From Bacteroidales bacterium (GTDB taxonomy: Bacteria; Bacteroidota; Bacteroidia; Bacteroidales; JAHJDW01): a DNA stretch of 64,000 nucleotides. The notes beneath the pieces were generated by a model. That model was not told the origin of the DNA, ran no database searches, and saw only the letters and a list, made by a program, of their open reading frames with translations. The stretch spans positions 1,727 to 65,726 of the forward strand of contig JBAZBZ010000014.1 of NCBI GenBank assembly GCA_041671145.1. The letters are read 5' to 3'. How positions within the stretch are numbered: the stretch's first letter is position 1; every line of letters starts with the position of its first letter. The translations under genes were made by a program, and so were the position numbers. This document shows positions 8,585 to 17,859 of the stretch, one piece after another.

Positions 8585-10426
8585 CTATATGTTAGTAAGA
8601 AATTCGGCAATGGAAGTATCCTGTTCAACTCCGAGCATTTTTTTCAGACGGGTTTTGTAAACATCCACGCTTCTTGGAGTAATACCAAGCAAAGAAGCTA
8701 TTTCTTTTGAAGACATATTTAATTTAAGTAAGCAAGCTAACCTTTTTTGAGTATCATTAAGATTTGGATACAGCTTTTCTAATTTCATATAAAAATTCTG
8801 GTTCATTAGTTCTATGTGTTTTTCAAATTCCTCTCGGTCACGGTCTAAATACAACTTTTGATTTAATAATTTTGTCATACCATATATGCGGGATACTAAT
8901 GTTTCGGGACTTTTGTCTTTTGAGAATTTCCTTAAATTTTCTTTTATATCATTCATCAATTCATTTTTCTGAATAATTTGCGTGCCCAGATTCATGAATT
9001 CTTTGTTTTTATAATCTAATTCTTTTTGCAGTTGATTTTTTTCTGCTTCCATCATCACCTTCTGTGCTTCCTGAATTTGCCGGTTTTTTTCGGCAATTTC
9101 ACGTTCTTTGAGCGTTTTAATCCGTTGCCAGTTATAAATTAATACACCAATTATTAGAATTAGTAATAAAATTCCAACAAGTGAATAAATTTTTAACAAA
9201 CTAATTTTTTTATCACGTTGTAATATTTCAATCTTTTTATTATTCAGTATAAGTTCTTTGTCTTTCTTTTCGGTTTCGTATTTAACCTGAAACTCATCAA
9301 TTTTATTATTACTTTCTTTTGTAAAAACCGAATCTTTTAAAATCATGTATTTTTCGTGGTACTCAAGTGCTTTTTTATAATTGCCCATAGATGTATATAC
9401 TTCGTAAAAGTTCTTGTAGTTATCAATAACAGTTTCTTTAAAATTTATTGATTTGGCAACCTCAATGCTTTTCGTATAATATTCCAATGCTTTATCATAT
9501 TTCTTATTTTTATTATAAACAATCCCTATTCTGTTAAGTGTAGCTGCAATTTCGAATTTCGAACCTAATTCTTTTGATATTTTAAGGGATTTCTGATAAT
9601 ATTCAATTGCTTTTTTATATTTTTCCCATTCAAAATAAATTTCTCCGATATTGCCCAATGATATAGCTATTCCATCTTTATATCCTGCTCTTTCTTTTAT
9701 TTTAAGAGATTTCTGATGACATTCAATAGCTTTTTCATAATTGCCCAATATATAATAAATAGTTCCTATATTATTCATTGTCTTAGCAATTCCAAGAGAA
9801 TCGCCTATTGATTCTTTTATTTTTAAGGATCTTTGAAAGTATTCAATTGCAATTTCATATTTTTTCCAATTTCTATAAACAATTCCAATATTATTTAATG
9901 TTTGTGCAACAGAAAGTTTGCTCCCTGAACTTTCGTGAATTCTCAAAGATTTTTGATAATATTCAATCGCCTTTGTATAATTACCCCAGTTTAAATTAAC
10001 AACTCCCATATTATTCAGTAAACTTGCTATTCCATTCTTATCCTTTAATTTTTCTTTAATTTTTAAAGATAATTGATAGTAATAAACAGCTTTATCGTAA
10101 TTATTTAATTGAAAACACGTAGCGCCAATCAAGTGAAGTGAATTGGAATACAACTGTTCATTATTTATTTTTCCCGACAGCAACAATGCCTCATTAGCGT
10201 ATTCGTATGCTTTTTTAGGAAAATTGGAACCATATATTTTTGATAGTTTATTATAAATTTCAACTTTCGTTTCGTCATTTTTTGTTTTTTTTAATAAATA
10301 ATTTAAGCTGTCAATTGCGTGTGATTGTTCTTTTGTGAGGGATTCCTTATCGGCTGCGAAAGAAAAAGAAGTATGATGTATGATGTATGATGTAAGAATA
10401 AAAATTATGAAAATAATTTTTTTCAT
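8585..10426 (-). CDS. TPR-repeat, single-TM, LuxR-type HTH transcriptional regulator
   Basis: About 8 TPR units (NNIGxVYxxxxxYxKAIEYYQKSLKI), a TM segment (LVGILLLILIIGVLIY), a coiled-coil, and a C-terminal LuxR/GerE HTH (EIASLLGITPRSVDVYKTRLKKMLGV). I place the start at Met41 (10426; MKKIIFIIFILTSY signal-like). The ORF-track extension to 10546 consists of intergenic-type word repeats. Confidence 0.8.
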   Translation of the reverse strand: MKKIIFIIFILTSYIIHHTSFSFAADKESLTKEQSHAIDSLNYLLKKTKNDETKVEIYNKLSKIYGSNFPKKAYEYANEALLLSGKINNEQLYSNSLHLIGATCFQLNNYDKAVYYYQLSLKIKEKLKDKNGIASLLNNMGVVNLNWGNYTKAIEYYQKSLRIHESSGSKLSVAQTLNNIGIVYRNWKKYEIAIEYFQRSLKIKESIGDSLGIAKTMNNIGTIYYILGNYEKAIECHQKSLKIKERAGYKDGIAISLGNIGEIYFEWEKYKKAIEYYQKSLKISKELGSKFEIAATLNRIGIVYNKNKKYDKALEYYTKSIEVAKSINFKETVIDNYKNFYEVYTSMGNYKKALEYHEKYMILKDSVFTKESNNKIDEFQVKYETEKKDKELILNNKKIEILQRDKKISLLKIYSLVGILLLILIIGVLIYNWQRIKTLKEREIAEKNRQIQEAQKVMMEAEKNQLQKELDYKNKEFMNLGTQIIQKNELMNDIKENLRKFSKDKSPETLVSRIYGMTKLLNQKLYLDRDREEFEKHIELMNQNFYMKLEKLYPNLNDTQKRLACLLKLNMSSKEIASLLGITPRSVDVYKTRLKKMLGVEQDTSIAEFLTNI

Positions 10427-10699
10427 TGCGGAATGATTTGGAAATGTAAAAATAGGAAAATTTATACAATTGACAATTAACAGAGAACAATTAACAATAG
10501 GAAGGGATATAAGAAAGAAGGTTAATTTCTTATCTGCGTTTATCATAATCCTTCATAATAAATCAGCGATTATGTTTTTTCTGACAACTGAATAACTAAC
10601 TCGTAGCTCAAAGTGGGTAATGCCGAACCGATAGAGGTTGTTTCAAAAGTTTTATTTATAACCGCAAAGACCCTAAGGCGCAAAGATAAAATAATTATT

Positions 10700-11899
10700 T
10701 CAAAATTCGTTACTGTTTAAAAATTTTAATAAATGTATCTGTTTAATACCCCTGAATGATGTAATCAAAGGTAAGTCGTCCATAGTAATGACGTATTTAG
10801 GATAATTATCTTTTAACTGTTGTAAATTTCCAAACTCTCTATTAACAACATCGTTATTTTTCAGTAAATATGCAACCTGAAAATAAACCGTTTCGCCATT
10901 TTTTTCTGCAATAAAATCAATTTCTTTTTCGCCTTCTTTTCCAACAAAAACTTTATAACCAAGATAAGAAAGATGATTATAAACTATGTTTTCAAGCACC
11001 TTCGCAATATCATCGGGTTTAAAACCTCCAATTGCATTTCTTAGTCCTATATCTTCAAAATAATACTTTTCGCCGGTTTCAAAAATTTTTTTCCCACTTA
11101 TTTCTTTTCTTTTTACACCATTAACAAAATATGCCTGTTCCAGATAATGAAGGTAATTGATAACTACGGAAACAGTTTTGCTGTTTCTTTGAGATTTTAA
11201 GTAATCGGCTATTTTGTTTGCTGAAACAATGCACCCTGTATTATCAGCTAAAAACAGCAGGAGATTTTCAAGAAACGCATTATCTCTTATCTGATGCCGG
11301 CTTATAACATCTCTGTATAAAATAGTAGCATAGATGTTCTTGAGATAATCATATACAATTTCATCATTTTTTGGTAAGTTTATCAGATAAGGCAAGCCAC
11401 CGTACTTCATAAAAAGGGAAAGAGCATTTTTGTCGTCTTTGAGTTTATGAAAATGAATAAATTCCTGATAAGACAAGCTATGTATGCGAACTTCTATTTG
11501 CCTTCCGCTTAAAAAAGTGGCAAGTTCGCCCGAGAAAACATTTGAGTTGCTGCCGCTGCAATAAATATCATACATGCCATCGGATAAAAGGCTGCGTAAC
11601 GCTTTTTCAAATTCTTCAATTTCCTGTACTTCGTCAATAAACAAATAGTTCGCATGCTTAACGCTGTTTTGTTTGACCCATGCAATAAGTTCTTTATGAT
11701 TGGTAATGAATTCAAATTCATATTTTTCCTTATCAATGTATAATATATTAGCTTTAGGGTGCAAACTTAAAAGTTCATTTCTTATCTGTTGAAGCATAAA
11801 ACTTTTTCCTACCCGTCGCTGACCTGTAATTGCTTTTATTAGTTGCTTATTATAATAAGGTCTTATTTTTTTCAGGTATTTTTCGCGAATTATATTCAT
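10700..11899 (-). CDS. AAA-family ATPase with C-terminal DUF4143-like domain
   Basis: Walker A is GQRRVGKSF and Walker B is LFIDEVQ. Overall length and layout match the AAA_14 + DUF4143 ATP-binding proteins common in Bacteroidota. Confidence 0.8.
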   Translation of the reverse strand: MNIIREKYLKKIRPYYNKQLIKAITGQRRVGKSFMLQQIRNELLSLHPKANILYIDKEKYEFEFITNHKELIAWVKQNSVKHANYLFIDEVQEIEEFEKALRSLLSDGMYDIYCSGSNSNVFSGELATFLSGRQIEVRIHSLSYQEFIHFHKLKDDKNALSLFMKYGGLPYLINLPKNDEIVYDYLKNIYATILYRDVISRHQIRDNAFLENLLLFLADNTGCIVSANKIADYLKSQRNSKTVSVVINYLHYLEQAYFVNGVKRKEISGKKIFETGEKYYFEDIGLRNAIGGFKPDDIAKVLENIVYNHLSYLGYKVFVGKEGEKEIDFIAEKNGETVYFQVAYLLKNNDVVNREFGNLQQLKDNYPKYVITMDDLPLITSFRGIKQIHLLKFLNSNEF

Positions 11900-12310
11900 G
11901 TATTTACATTTTAATAAGTATTTGAAATTTAGTTGCTGCTTATTTGCTTTTTCTGTTTAGTATAATGAATAAATTGTACAAATATACCTTTTTTATTTAG
12001 TATAGTAAGAGGTTATTTTAAATTTGTTTTTTTATTTCGCAGTTATGCAGGTTGCAGGTTGATGCTCTATAAAGTGAGTTTCATGAAATCAAAGCACGTT
12101 GACTTTTGAGGTCGTCTAAAATTTTGTAAAAAATTGAAATGGAAAGATTTTATTAGGCGAGACAGCTACAAATCACAAACAACAAACAGTTCAAAGCCAT
12201 TAGTCATCATATCATCGGTATTATATTATTGAATAACTTGGATTAAATAATAAATCCAATTGACGTTAAAACAAATTAGAATCGAAATAAAAATTATATT
12301 TAATTTTAAT

Positions 12311-12318
12311 TACTTTTG
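12311..12318 (+). promoter_or_regulatory. Bacteroidota sigma-A -7 box (TAnnTTTG)
   Basis: TACTTTTG lies 28 nt upstream of the ATG at 12346. Confidence 0.4.
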
Positions 12319-12345
12319 CGATAAATATTGTAATAAACAAAAAAA

Positions 12346-13770
12346 ATGAAAATACCAAAACACCTGATTTTATTATTTATTCTGACAATAAGTTTAAATG
12401 TTTTCAGTCAGGATACTACAAAATTCAAAACAGAGTATTGGAAAAATAAAAATAAAAAAAGTGAAGGAACAATTATTGATGGCAAGCATGACGGCAAATG
12501 GAAGTATTGGCATGAAAACGGACAGCTTTGGTATGAAGGTGAATTTGTCAAAGGAGAAAAAACCGGAAAGTGGCTGTATTATTATAAAAGCGGCAAACCG
12601 GAAAGTGAAGTTCATTACGACAGTGGAATAAGTACAGTGTGGTATGAAAACGGGCAAAAGGAAAAAGAAGGCAATGTAATCAACGGCAAACGTGATGGGA
12701 AATGGAGCTACTGGTATCCAAGCGGAAAAATAAAAAAAGAAGAATTTTATATTAATGATAAGCAAACAGGAAGAGCAACAACATGGTATGAATCGGGAAA
12801 AATAAAGGAAGAAGCAAATTTTAAAGATGGGGAAAAGGATGGAAAATGTATTTCATGGTTTGAAAATGGACAAAAAGAATTTGAGGGAGTTTATAAAAAT
12901 GATGGAGTTGATGGTTATGCAAACTGGTGGTACGATAATGGAAATAAAGAAATGGAAGGAAAATCAATTGAAGGGAAACAGGACAGCGCATGGATATTTT
13001 ATCATAAAAACGGAAAGATAGGAAGTAAAGGCAATTTTAAAAACGGAAAACTTACCGGAACATGGAATTACTGGTATAAAACAGGAGAAAAATGGAAAAC
13101 AGGAAATTTTGCCGATGGCTTGAAGCAAGACATTTGGACCGCCTGGTATGAGAATGGAGCAAAACAACGCGAAGGTTCTTTTACAAACGATAAAGAAAAC
13201 GGAAAATGGACATCATGGTACGAAAACGGAAAAATAAAAGATGAAGGGAATTTTATCAATGGCTTGATGGACGCAGAATGGCAAGGATGGTATGAAAAGG
13301 GAGAAAAAAAATATGTTTCAAGTTATAAAAATAATGTAAAAAACGGCAAAGATATTTTTTGGTATGAGAACGGGAATAAAGAACATGAAGGAATTTTTAA
13401 AGAAGGAAAATTTAGTGGCTCATGGGAATCGTGGTATGAAACAGGAAAACAAAAAGAAACAGGAACTTATAAAAATGATAAAAAAGAAGGAATGTGGACG
13501 TACTTTGATGAATATGGCGTTAAAATTATGGAGCAGACATACATAAAAGACCGACCAACAGGCAAGTTCACATTATATCATAAAACCGGACAGAAATCGC
13601 AGGAAGGTTCTTACAACAATAATCTTAAAGAAGGAACTTGGTATTTCTGGGATGAAAGTGGAAACCTGCAATATCAAATGACTTTCAAAAACGGGAAAAA
13701 ATCTTCGGAGAAAAGTTATATAAAAGAAAACCCCGATAAATTCGATGCAATAAAAAAAGAAAAAAAATAA
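12346..13770 (+). CDS. Secreted MORN-variant / YwqK-family repeat protein
   Basis: Signal peptide, then about 17 repeats of GKxxGxWxxWYENGxKxxEGxFxNGK. Confidence 0.75.
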   Translation: MKIPKHLILLFILTISLNVFSQDTTKFKTEYWKNKNKKSEGTIIDGKHDGKWKYWHENGQLWYEGEFVKGEKTGKWLYYYKSGKPESEVHYDSGISTVWYENGQKEKEGNVINGKRDGKWSYWYPSGKIKKEEFYINDKQTGRATTWYESGKIKEEANFKDGEKDGKCISWFENGQKEFEGVYKNDGVDGYANWWYDNGNKEMEGKSIEGKQDSAWIFYHKNGKIGSKGNFKNGKLTGTWNYWYKTGEKWKTGNFADGLKQDIWTAWYENGAKQREGSFTNDKENGKWTSWYENGKIKDEGNFINGLMDAEWQGWYEKGEKKYVSSYKNNVKNGKDIFWYENGNKEHEGIFKEGKFSGSWESWYETGKQKETGTYKNDKKEGMWTYFDEYGVKIMEQTYIKDRPTGKFTLYHKTGQKSQEGSYNNNLKEGTWYFWDESGNLQYQMTFKNGKKSSEKSYIKENPDKFDAIKKEKK

Positions 13771-13854
13771 AATTACGCACTTTTTTTATAAAATATTTTG
13801 CAGATGTTAAGGAAATTAATATTTTAGCACTTTAAAAATTAAACACATAACATT

Positions 13855-14057
13855 ATGAAATATCCATGCAAGCAAAAAAAGTTGCACAAACCGTATAATG
13901 ATTAAAAATTCAGTGCTATTTTCAACGAAGAAATGCATGGATATTCACGAGCGGGTTGAGGGGATGGACTTTTGCGGGAGCGAGTAACTAAAAAAGCAAA
14001 AAAAACAGAACAGCAAATTAACAGCAGAAATATTAATTACTTACAAAATTTAAACAG
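13855..14057 (+). promoter_or_regulatory. Conserved leader, copy U1 (homologous to 17721-17859)
   Basis: Blocks shared with U2: TATGAAATATCCATGCAA, G(C/T)GAGTAACTAAAAAAG(C/T)AAAA, ATTAATTACT and AAAATTTAAACAGATGAAA. A GC-rich core sits in an AT-rich spacer. Internal inverted repeat GAAATATCCATGCA (13857-13870) / TGCATGGATATTC (13934-13946). Confidence 0.45.
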
Positions 14058-14540
14058 ATGAAAAAAATAGTTTTACTTATCGGAATGTTGATATGCGGAT
14101 ATGCATACAGTCAAAGCGTAAGCCCTGAAGTTATCGCCTCATCAGGCGAATATTTTATAGGCACAAATGCAACACTAAGCTGGACACTCGGCGAACCGGT
14201 TACCGAAACTTTTACCGGAACAAATAATATTTTAACTCAAGGATTTCAGCAAAAATACGATATTGGAGCTATTATAGAGGAAAAGGAAAATTTATATCAG
14301 ATAAGTGTTTTTCCAAATCCTGTAAAAGATGTGTTGAATGTTAATATTAATTTAGGTTTTGATAACCAATACACCTCGCAGTTATTCGATATGCAGGGGC
14401 AATTATTAACGAGTAACAGTTTTACAGGAAATACAGAAAATATTAATATGGCTTCTTTTTCTGTAGGCAGCTATTTTTTAAAAATAAATAACTCAAAAGG
14501 AGAAACTATTAAAACATTTAAAATTGTCAGGAATTATTAA
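14058..14540 (+). CDS. Small secreted protein with T9SS type A C-terminal sorting domain (cassette gene A1)
   Basis: Signal peptide, the conserved N-terminal block SQSVSPEVIASSGEYFIGTNATLSWTLGEPVTETFTGTNNILTQGFQQ, and a C-terminal ISVFPNPVKDVLNVNIN...LFDMQGQLL...GSYFLKINN sorting domain. Confidence 0.8.
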   Translation: MKKIVLLIGMLICGYAYSQSVSPEVIASSGEYFIGTNATLSWTLGEPVTETFTGTNNILTQGFQQKYDIGAIIEEKENLYQISVFPNPVKDVLNVNINLGFDNQYTSQLFDMQGQLLTSNSFTGNTENINMASFSVGSYFLKINNSKGETIKTFKIVRNY

Positions 14541-14634
14541 TTAATATCATTCTGTATTTTTCTCATAAACATATTATTTATATTTATAATCACAAACAAA
14601 TATTTAAAATTATTAACCTTTAAAAATTAAACAA

Positions 14635-15726
14635 ATGAAAAAAGTTTTATTATTATTATCAATTTTTACGAGTACCGCACTCGTTTTTGCACAGAAAGAA
14701 ACAAGAATAGACCCGTTTCCACAGGCATTCAAATATCAAGCTGTAGTGAGAAATATAGCAGGTAATCCGATTATTAACCAGAAAGTAAATTTTCAAATAA
14801 GCATTCTGCAAGGAAGCGCCACGGGGACGGCAGTGTATGTTGAAACACAAATTGACACCACAAACAGTTTTGGTTTAGCAAATTTAGAAATTGGAAGAGG
14901 AAGCGTAGTAAGTGGAACATTTTATACTATTAACTGGGGAAATGATTCCTATTTTGTAAAAGTAGAAATTGATGTTGCAGGTGGAACAACTTTCGCTTTT
15001 ATGGGAACCACGCAACTATTAAGCGTTCCTTATGCTTTGTATGCTAAAACAAGTGAAACATCTGGACCGGCAGGAACATCCGGTCAAACATTAAGACATG
15101 ATGGCACAAACTGGGCTGCAAATAGTTTATTATATAATAATGGTACATCCATTGGTATAGGGACAACATCTCCTGGAGCAAAATTACATATTGCCGGAGG
15201 ACACATGATATTAGACCACACAAATCCAATGTTTAATTTTATTGATGGAGCTACATATAAAACATTTCTTCAGGCAATTAATAATGATTTCTATATTGGA
15301 AATAGATTAGCCGGTAATATTATTTTCAGGACAAGTAATGTTAATAAAATGAGCTTGAAAGATAATGGCTGGCTCGATTTATCTTTTGCAAACAGCAAGG
15401 TTATACGTTCGGCAGAAACCGATACAGCAAATGTTGTAGCTGTAGCTTATGGAAATATAACCTCTGCGGGAGTAAAAAATGCTGATGGAAGTACAAATAA
15501 TTTTACTGTTTCAAAAGCTGGAACAGGATATTATGAAATTACATGGACAAATGGCTTAATTACAAATTATGCTAAAGCTGCAATTAGTGTTACTACAACC
15601 TATGGCAACGCCAGAATTACTTCATGGACAAGTTCCGGTGGCGGTACTGTTTTAATCGTAAAAATATACGATGCAGCAGGAACATTGGTTGATGATGCGT
15701 TTTCGTTTATAGTTTTCAAACCGTAA
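14635..15726 (+). CDS. Secreted fibre-like protein (cassette gene B1)
   Basis: Signal peptide. The N-terminal domain FKYQAVVRN...[11 protein letters not shown] is shared with 16387..17706. The GIGTTSPGAKLHI segment is reminiscent of tail-fibre-like proteins. No T9SS C-terminal domain is seen. Confidence 0.75.
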   Translation: MKKVLLLLSIFTSTALVFAQKETRIDPFPQAFKYQAVVRNIAGNPIINQKVNFQISILQGSATGTAVYVETQIDTTNSFGLANLEIGRGSVVSGTFYTINWGNDSYFVKVEIDVAGGTTFAFMGTTQLLSVPYALYAKTSETSGPAGTSGQTLRHDGTNWAANSLLYNNGTSIGIGTTSPGAKLHIAGGHMILDHTNPMFNFIDGATYKTFLQAINNDFYIGNRLAGNIIFRTSNVNKMSLKDNGWLDLSFANSKVIRSAETDTANVVAVAYGNITSAGVKNADGSTNNFTVSKAGTGYYEITWTNGLITNYAKAAISVTTTYGNARITSWTSSGGGTVLIVKIYDAAGTLVDDAFSFIVFKP

Positions 15727-15746
15727 AACTTTAAAATATACTAATG

Positions 15747-15790
15747 AAATAGCTGTTTGGCAAAATAATTCTAAGCAGCTATTTGTATTT
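15747..15790 (+). terminator. Hairpin plus T-rich tail after gene B1
   Basis: AAATAGCTGTTTGG (15747-15760) pairs with CTAAGCAGCTATTT (15771-15784), 14 bp including 2 G-U pairs, around a 10-nt loop. GTATTTT follows. Confidence 0.45.
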
Positions 15791-15796
15791 TCACAC

Positions 15797-15804
15797 TATC
15801 TTTG
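15797..15804 (+). promoter_or_regulatory. Bacteroidota -7 box (TAnnTTTG) for the second cassette
   Basis: TATCTTTG lies upstream of the ATG at 15886. Confidence 0.45.
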
Positions 15805-15885
15805 CAAAAATTATACAAGTTGAAAAAATCTAAAAACATTTATTGCGGGACTGATTTTATTGATAAAACAATTAATTACAAAAAA

Positions 15886-16368
15886 ATGAAAAAATTATTT
15901 TTTATTATAGGAATATTGGCATGCGGATATGCATACAGTCAAAGCGTAAGTCCTGAAGTTATTGCTTCATCAGGCGAATATTTTATAGGCACAAATGCAA
16001 CATTAAGCTGGACACTCGGCGAACCGGTTACCGAAACTTTTACCGGAACAAATAATATTTTAACTCAGGGATTTCAGCAAAAATATGATATTGCAACCAT
16101 TCAGGAAGAAAATAAAAACACATATCAAATTAGTGTTTTCCCGAATCCAACAAAAGACGTGCTGAATGTAATTATTAATTTAGGTTTAGATAATAAATAC
16201 ACCACTCAGTTATTCGATATGCAAGGAAAATTATTAGTAAGCAACAGTTTTACGGGAAACAGTGAAAGTATTAATATGAACCCTTTTACTTCCGGCAATT
16301 ACCTTTTGAGAATAAACAACTCAAAAGGAGAAATAATAAAAACATTAAAGATTGTCAGGAATTATTGA
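15886..16368 (+). CDS. Small secreted protein with T9SS type A sorting domain (cassette gene A2, paralog of 14058..14540)
   Basis: The ORF track starts at a TTG at 15802. The Met at 15886 (MKKLFFIIGILACGYAYSQ) matches the A1 start. Nucleotides 15922-16092 differ from 14094-14264 at only 6 positions by my count, all synonymous. Confidence 0.8.
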   Translation: MKKLFFIIGILACGYAYSQSVSPEVIASSGEYFIGTNATLSWTLGEPVTETFTGTNNILTQGFQQKYDIATIQEENKNTYQISVFPNPTKDVLNVIINLGLDNKYTTQLFDMQGKLLVSNSFTGNSESINMNPFTSGNYLLRINNSKGEIIKTLKIVRNY

Positions 16369-16386
16369 TAAAAATTTTAAACTTAA

Positions 16387-17706
16387 ATGTATATGAAAAA
16401 AGTTTTAGTATTTAGTGTAATGTGCTTTATAATTGTTGAATTATCATTTGCACAGGCACCACAGGCATTCAAATATCAAACTGTTGTAAGGGACGCAAGC
16501 GGCAACCCGCTCACAAATCAAAAGGTAAATTTCAGAATTAGCATTTTGCAAAATAGCACAGTCGGAATTTCTGTTTATACTGAAAGACAAATTGACACTA
16601 CAAACAATTTTGGATTGGCAAATATTGAAATCGGAAAAGGAACTCTTGTAAGCGGAAATTTTTCAAATATCAGCTGGGGTACAGATAAATATTATATACA
16701 AATTGAAATTGACCCAGCTGGAGGAAATACTTTTGCCCTGATGGGAACATCACAATTACTAAGTGTTCCGTATGCTTTATATGCTGAAAATTCTGGTACA
16801 GCTGGTTCCACAGGACCAACAGGAGGTCAAGGACCCCAAGGACCCATAGGCGGTCAAGGAGCTATAGGTTCTACCGGAGCAACAGGTTCAGCAGGTGTAA
16901 CGGGACCAACAGGTAATAATGGTTCAGCAGGAGCAACTGGAATTACAGGCCCAACAGGACCCATAGCAGGTGCAGATAAGCAACTTATTTTTAATGATGA
17001 CGGAAACGCCGGAGCATCTGCCGAATTGACTTATGACAAAACTTCAAAACATTTGGCTATCGGAACGGCAATGCCCGCTGCAAGTGCAGCATTAGAAGTA
17101 AATTCAACTACAGGCGCTCTCTTGGTTCCGAGAATGACAACCACTCAAAGAGACGCTCTCTCACCGGTGGCAGGAATGATTATTTACAATACAACAACAA
17201 ATAAATTTCAGGGCTATGTGTTAGGAATACCAGATACTACTAAATATGGAAATACTGATTATAATACGTCTTATGGTAATGCCTTAGGAGAAGATATAGG
17301 TCATCATGTTTTTATACCTCCTTCAAATACTTATGTAACTTCTATCAGAATCTGGATTTCGTCTTTACAATCCAGCGTATCAACTACATTGAGCATTTAT
17401 GATGATAAAAATACTCAATGCAGCGGAAATCCAACAAATCTCGGAACATCATTGCCGAAAACAGTTACACCGAGCGCATGGAATACATTTGTTTTTTCAA
17501 CACCTGTTGCTGTAACATCGGGAGTAAATTATCATATATGGTCTCCCGTGACATTAGCGATTGATGGAGCAACCGATAATCCTTCAAACACAATAACTAA
17601 TTGGTATGAAGCTGATTTTATGATGATGTGTTCTGATAATTCATACGACAGAGCCATTGAAATTTCAACAGTTTTAAACCCATCAATTTGGGTAAATTTA
17701 CATTAA
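16387..17706 (+). CDS. Secreted collagen-like repeat protein (cassette gene B2)
   Basis: Signal peptide and the same FKYQ...SVPYALYA N-terminal domain as B1. An uninterrupted G-X-Y run follows ([56 protein letters not shown]), then a unique C-terminal domain. Confidence 0.8.
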   Translation: MYMKKVLVFSVMCFIIVELSFAQAPQAFKYQTVVRDASGNPLTNQKVNFRISILQNSTVGISVYTERQIDTTNNFGLANIEIGKGTLVSGNFSNISWGTDKYYIQIEIDPAGGNTFALMGTSQLLSVPYALYAENSGTAGSTGPTGGQGPQGPIGGQGAIGSTGATGSAGVTGPTGNNGSAGATGITGPTGPIAGADKQLIFNDDGNAGASAELTYDKTSKHLAIGTAMPAASAALEVNSTTGALLVPRMTTTQRDALSPVAGMIIYNTTTNKFQGYVLGIPDTTKYGNTDYNTSYGNALGEDIGHHVFIPPSNTYVTSIRIWISSLQSSVSTTLSIYDDKNTQCSGNPTNLGTSLPKTVTPSAWNTFVFSTPVAVTSGVNYHIWSPVTLAIDGATDNPSNTITNWYEADFMMMCSDNSYDRAIEISTVLNPSIWVNLH

Positions 17707-17720
17707 AAAAATAATTTTCT

Positions 17721-17786
17721 ATGAAATATCCATGCAAACAAATCCGTCGGCTGACGGATGCAATTGGTTTTTGTGAGAGTGAGTAA
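17721..17786 (+). CDS. Candidate 21-aa upstream ORF MKYPCKQIRRLTDAIGFCESE within leader copy U2
   Basis: Own translation. The first 7 codons (MKYPCKQ) and the C-terminal FC(E/G)SE-stop are also encoded in U1, in two separated pieces (13855..13905 and 13937..13987). Coding status is unproven. Confidence 0.3.
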   Translation: MKYPCKQIRRLTDAIGFCESE

Positions 17787-17859
17787 CTAAAAAAGTAAAA
17801 TAACAGAAGCAATAAATTAAAAGAATTTAAAATTCTATTAATTACTAAAATTTAAACAG
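17721..17859 (+). promoter_or_regulatory. Conserved leader, copy U2, upstream of the C1 peptidase gene
   Basis: See U1. The last ~30 nt before the ATG are identical to those before 14058 except for a 3-nt indel. It contains the GC-rich hairpin ATCCGTC-GGCT-GACGGAT. Confidence 0.45.

Noticed and set aside
10427-10546. 40-codon N-terminal extension of the TPR/LuxR ORF
   Set aside because: The extension is made of intergenic-type word repeats (CAATTGACAATTAACA...). The Met at 10426 is followed by a normal signal/TM segment.
10590-10640. tRNA-like fragment CGTAGCTCAAAGTGGGTAATGCCGAACCGATAGAGG that might mark an integration site next to the AAA ATPase gene
   Set aside because: I could not fold a D-arm or any cloverleaf, because there is no complementary GAGC. 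No integrase or direct repeat is nearby.
10700-11899. AAA_14/DUF4143 ATPase as a possible core of a novel defence system
   Set aside because: It is a stand-alone gene between a regulator and a MORN-repeat protein, with no nuclease, methylase or other partner in an operon. This family is very common as a singleton in Bacteroidota.
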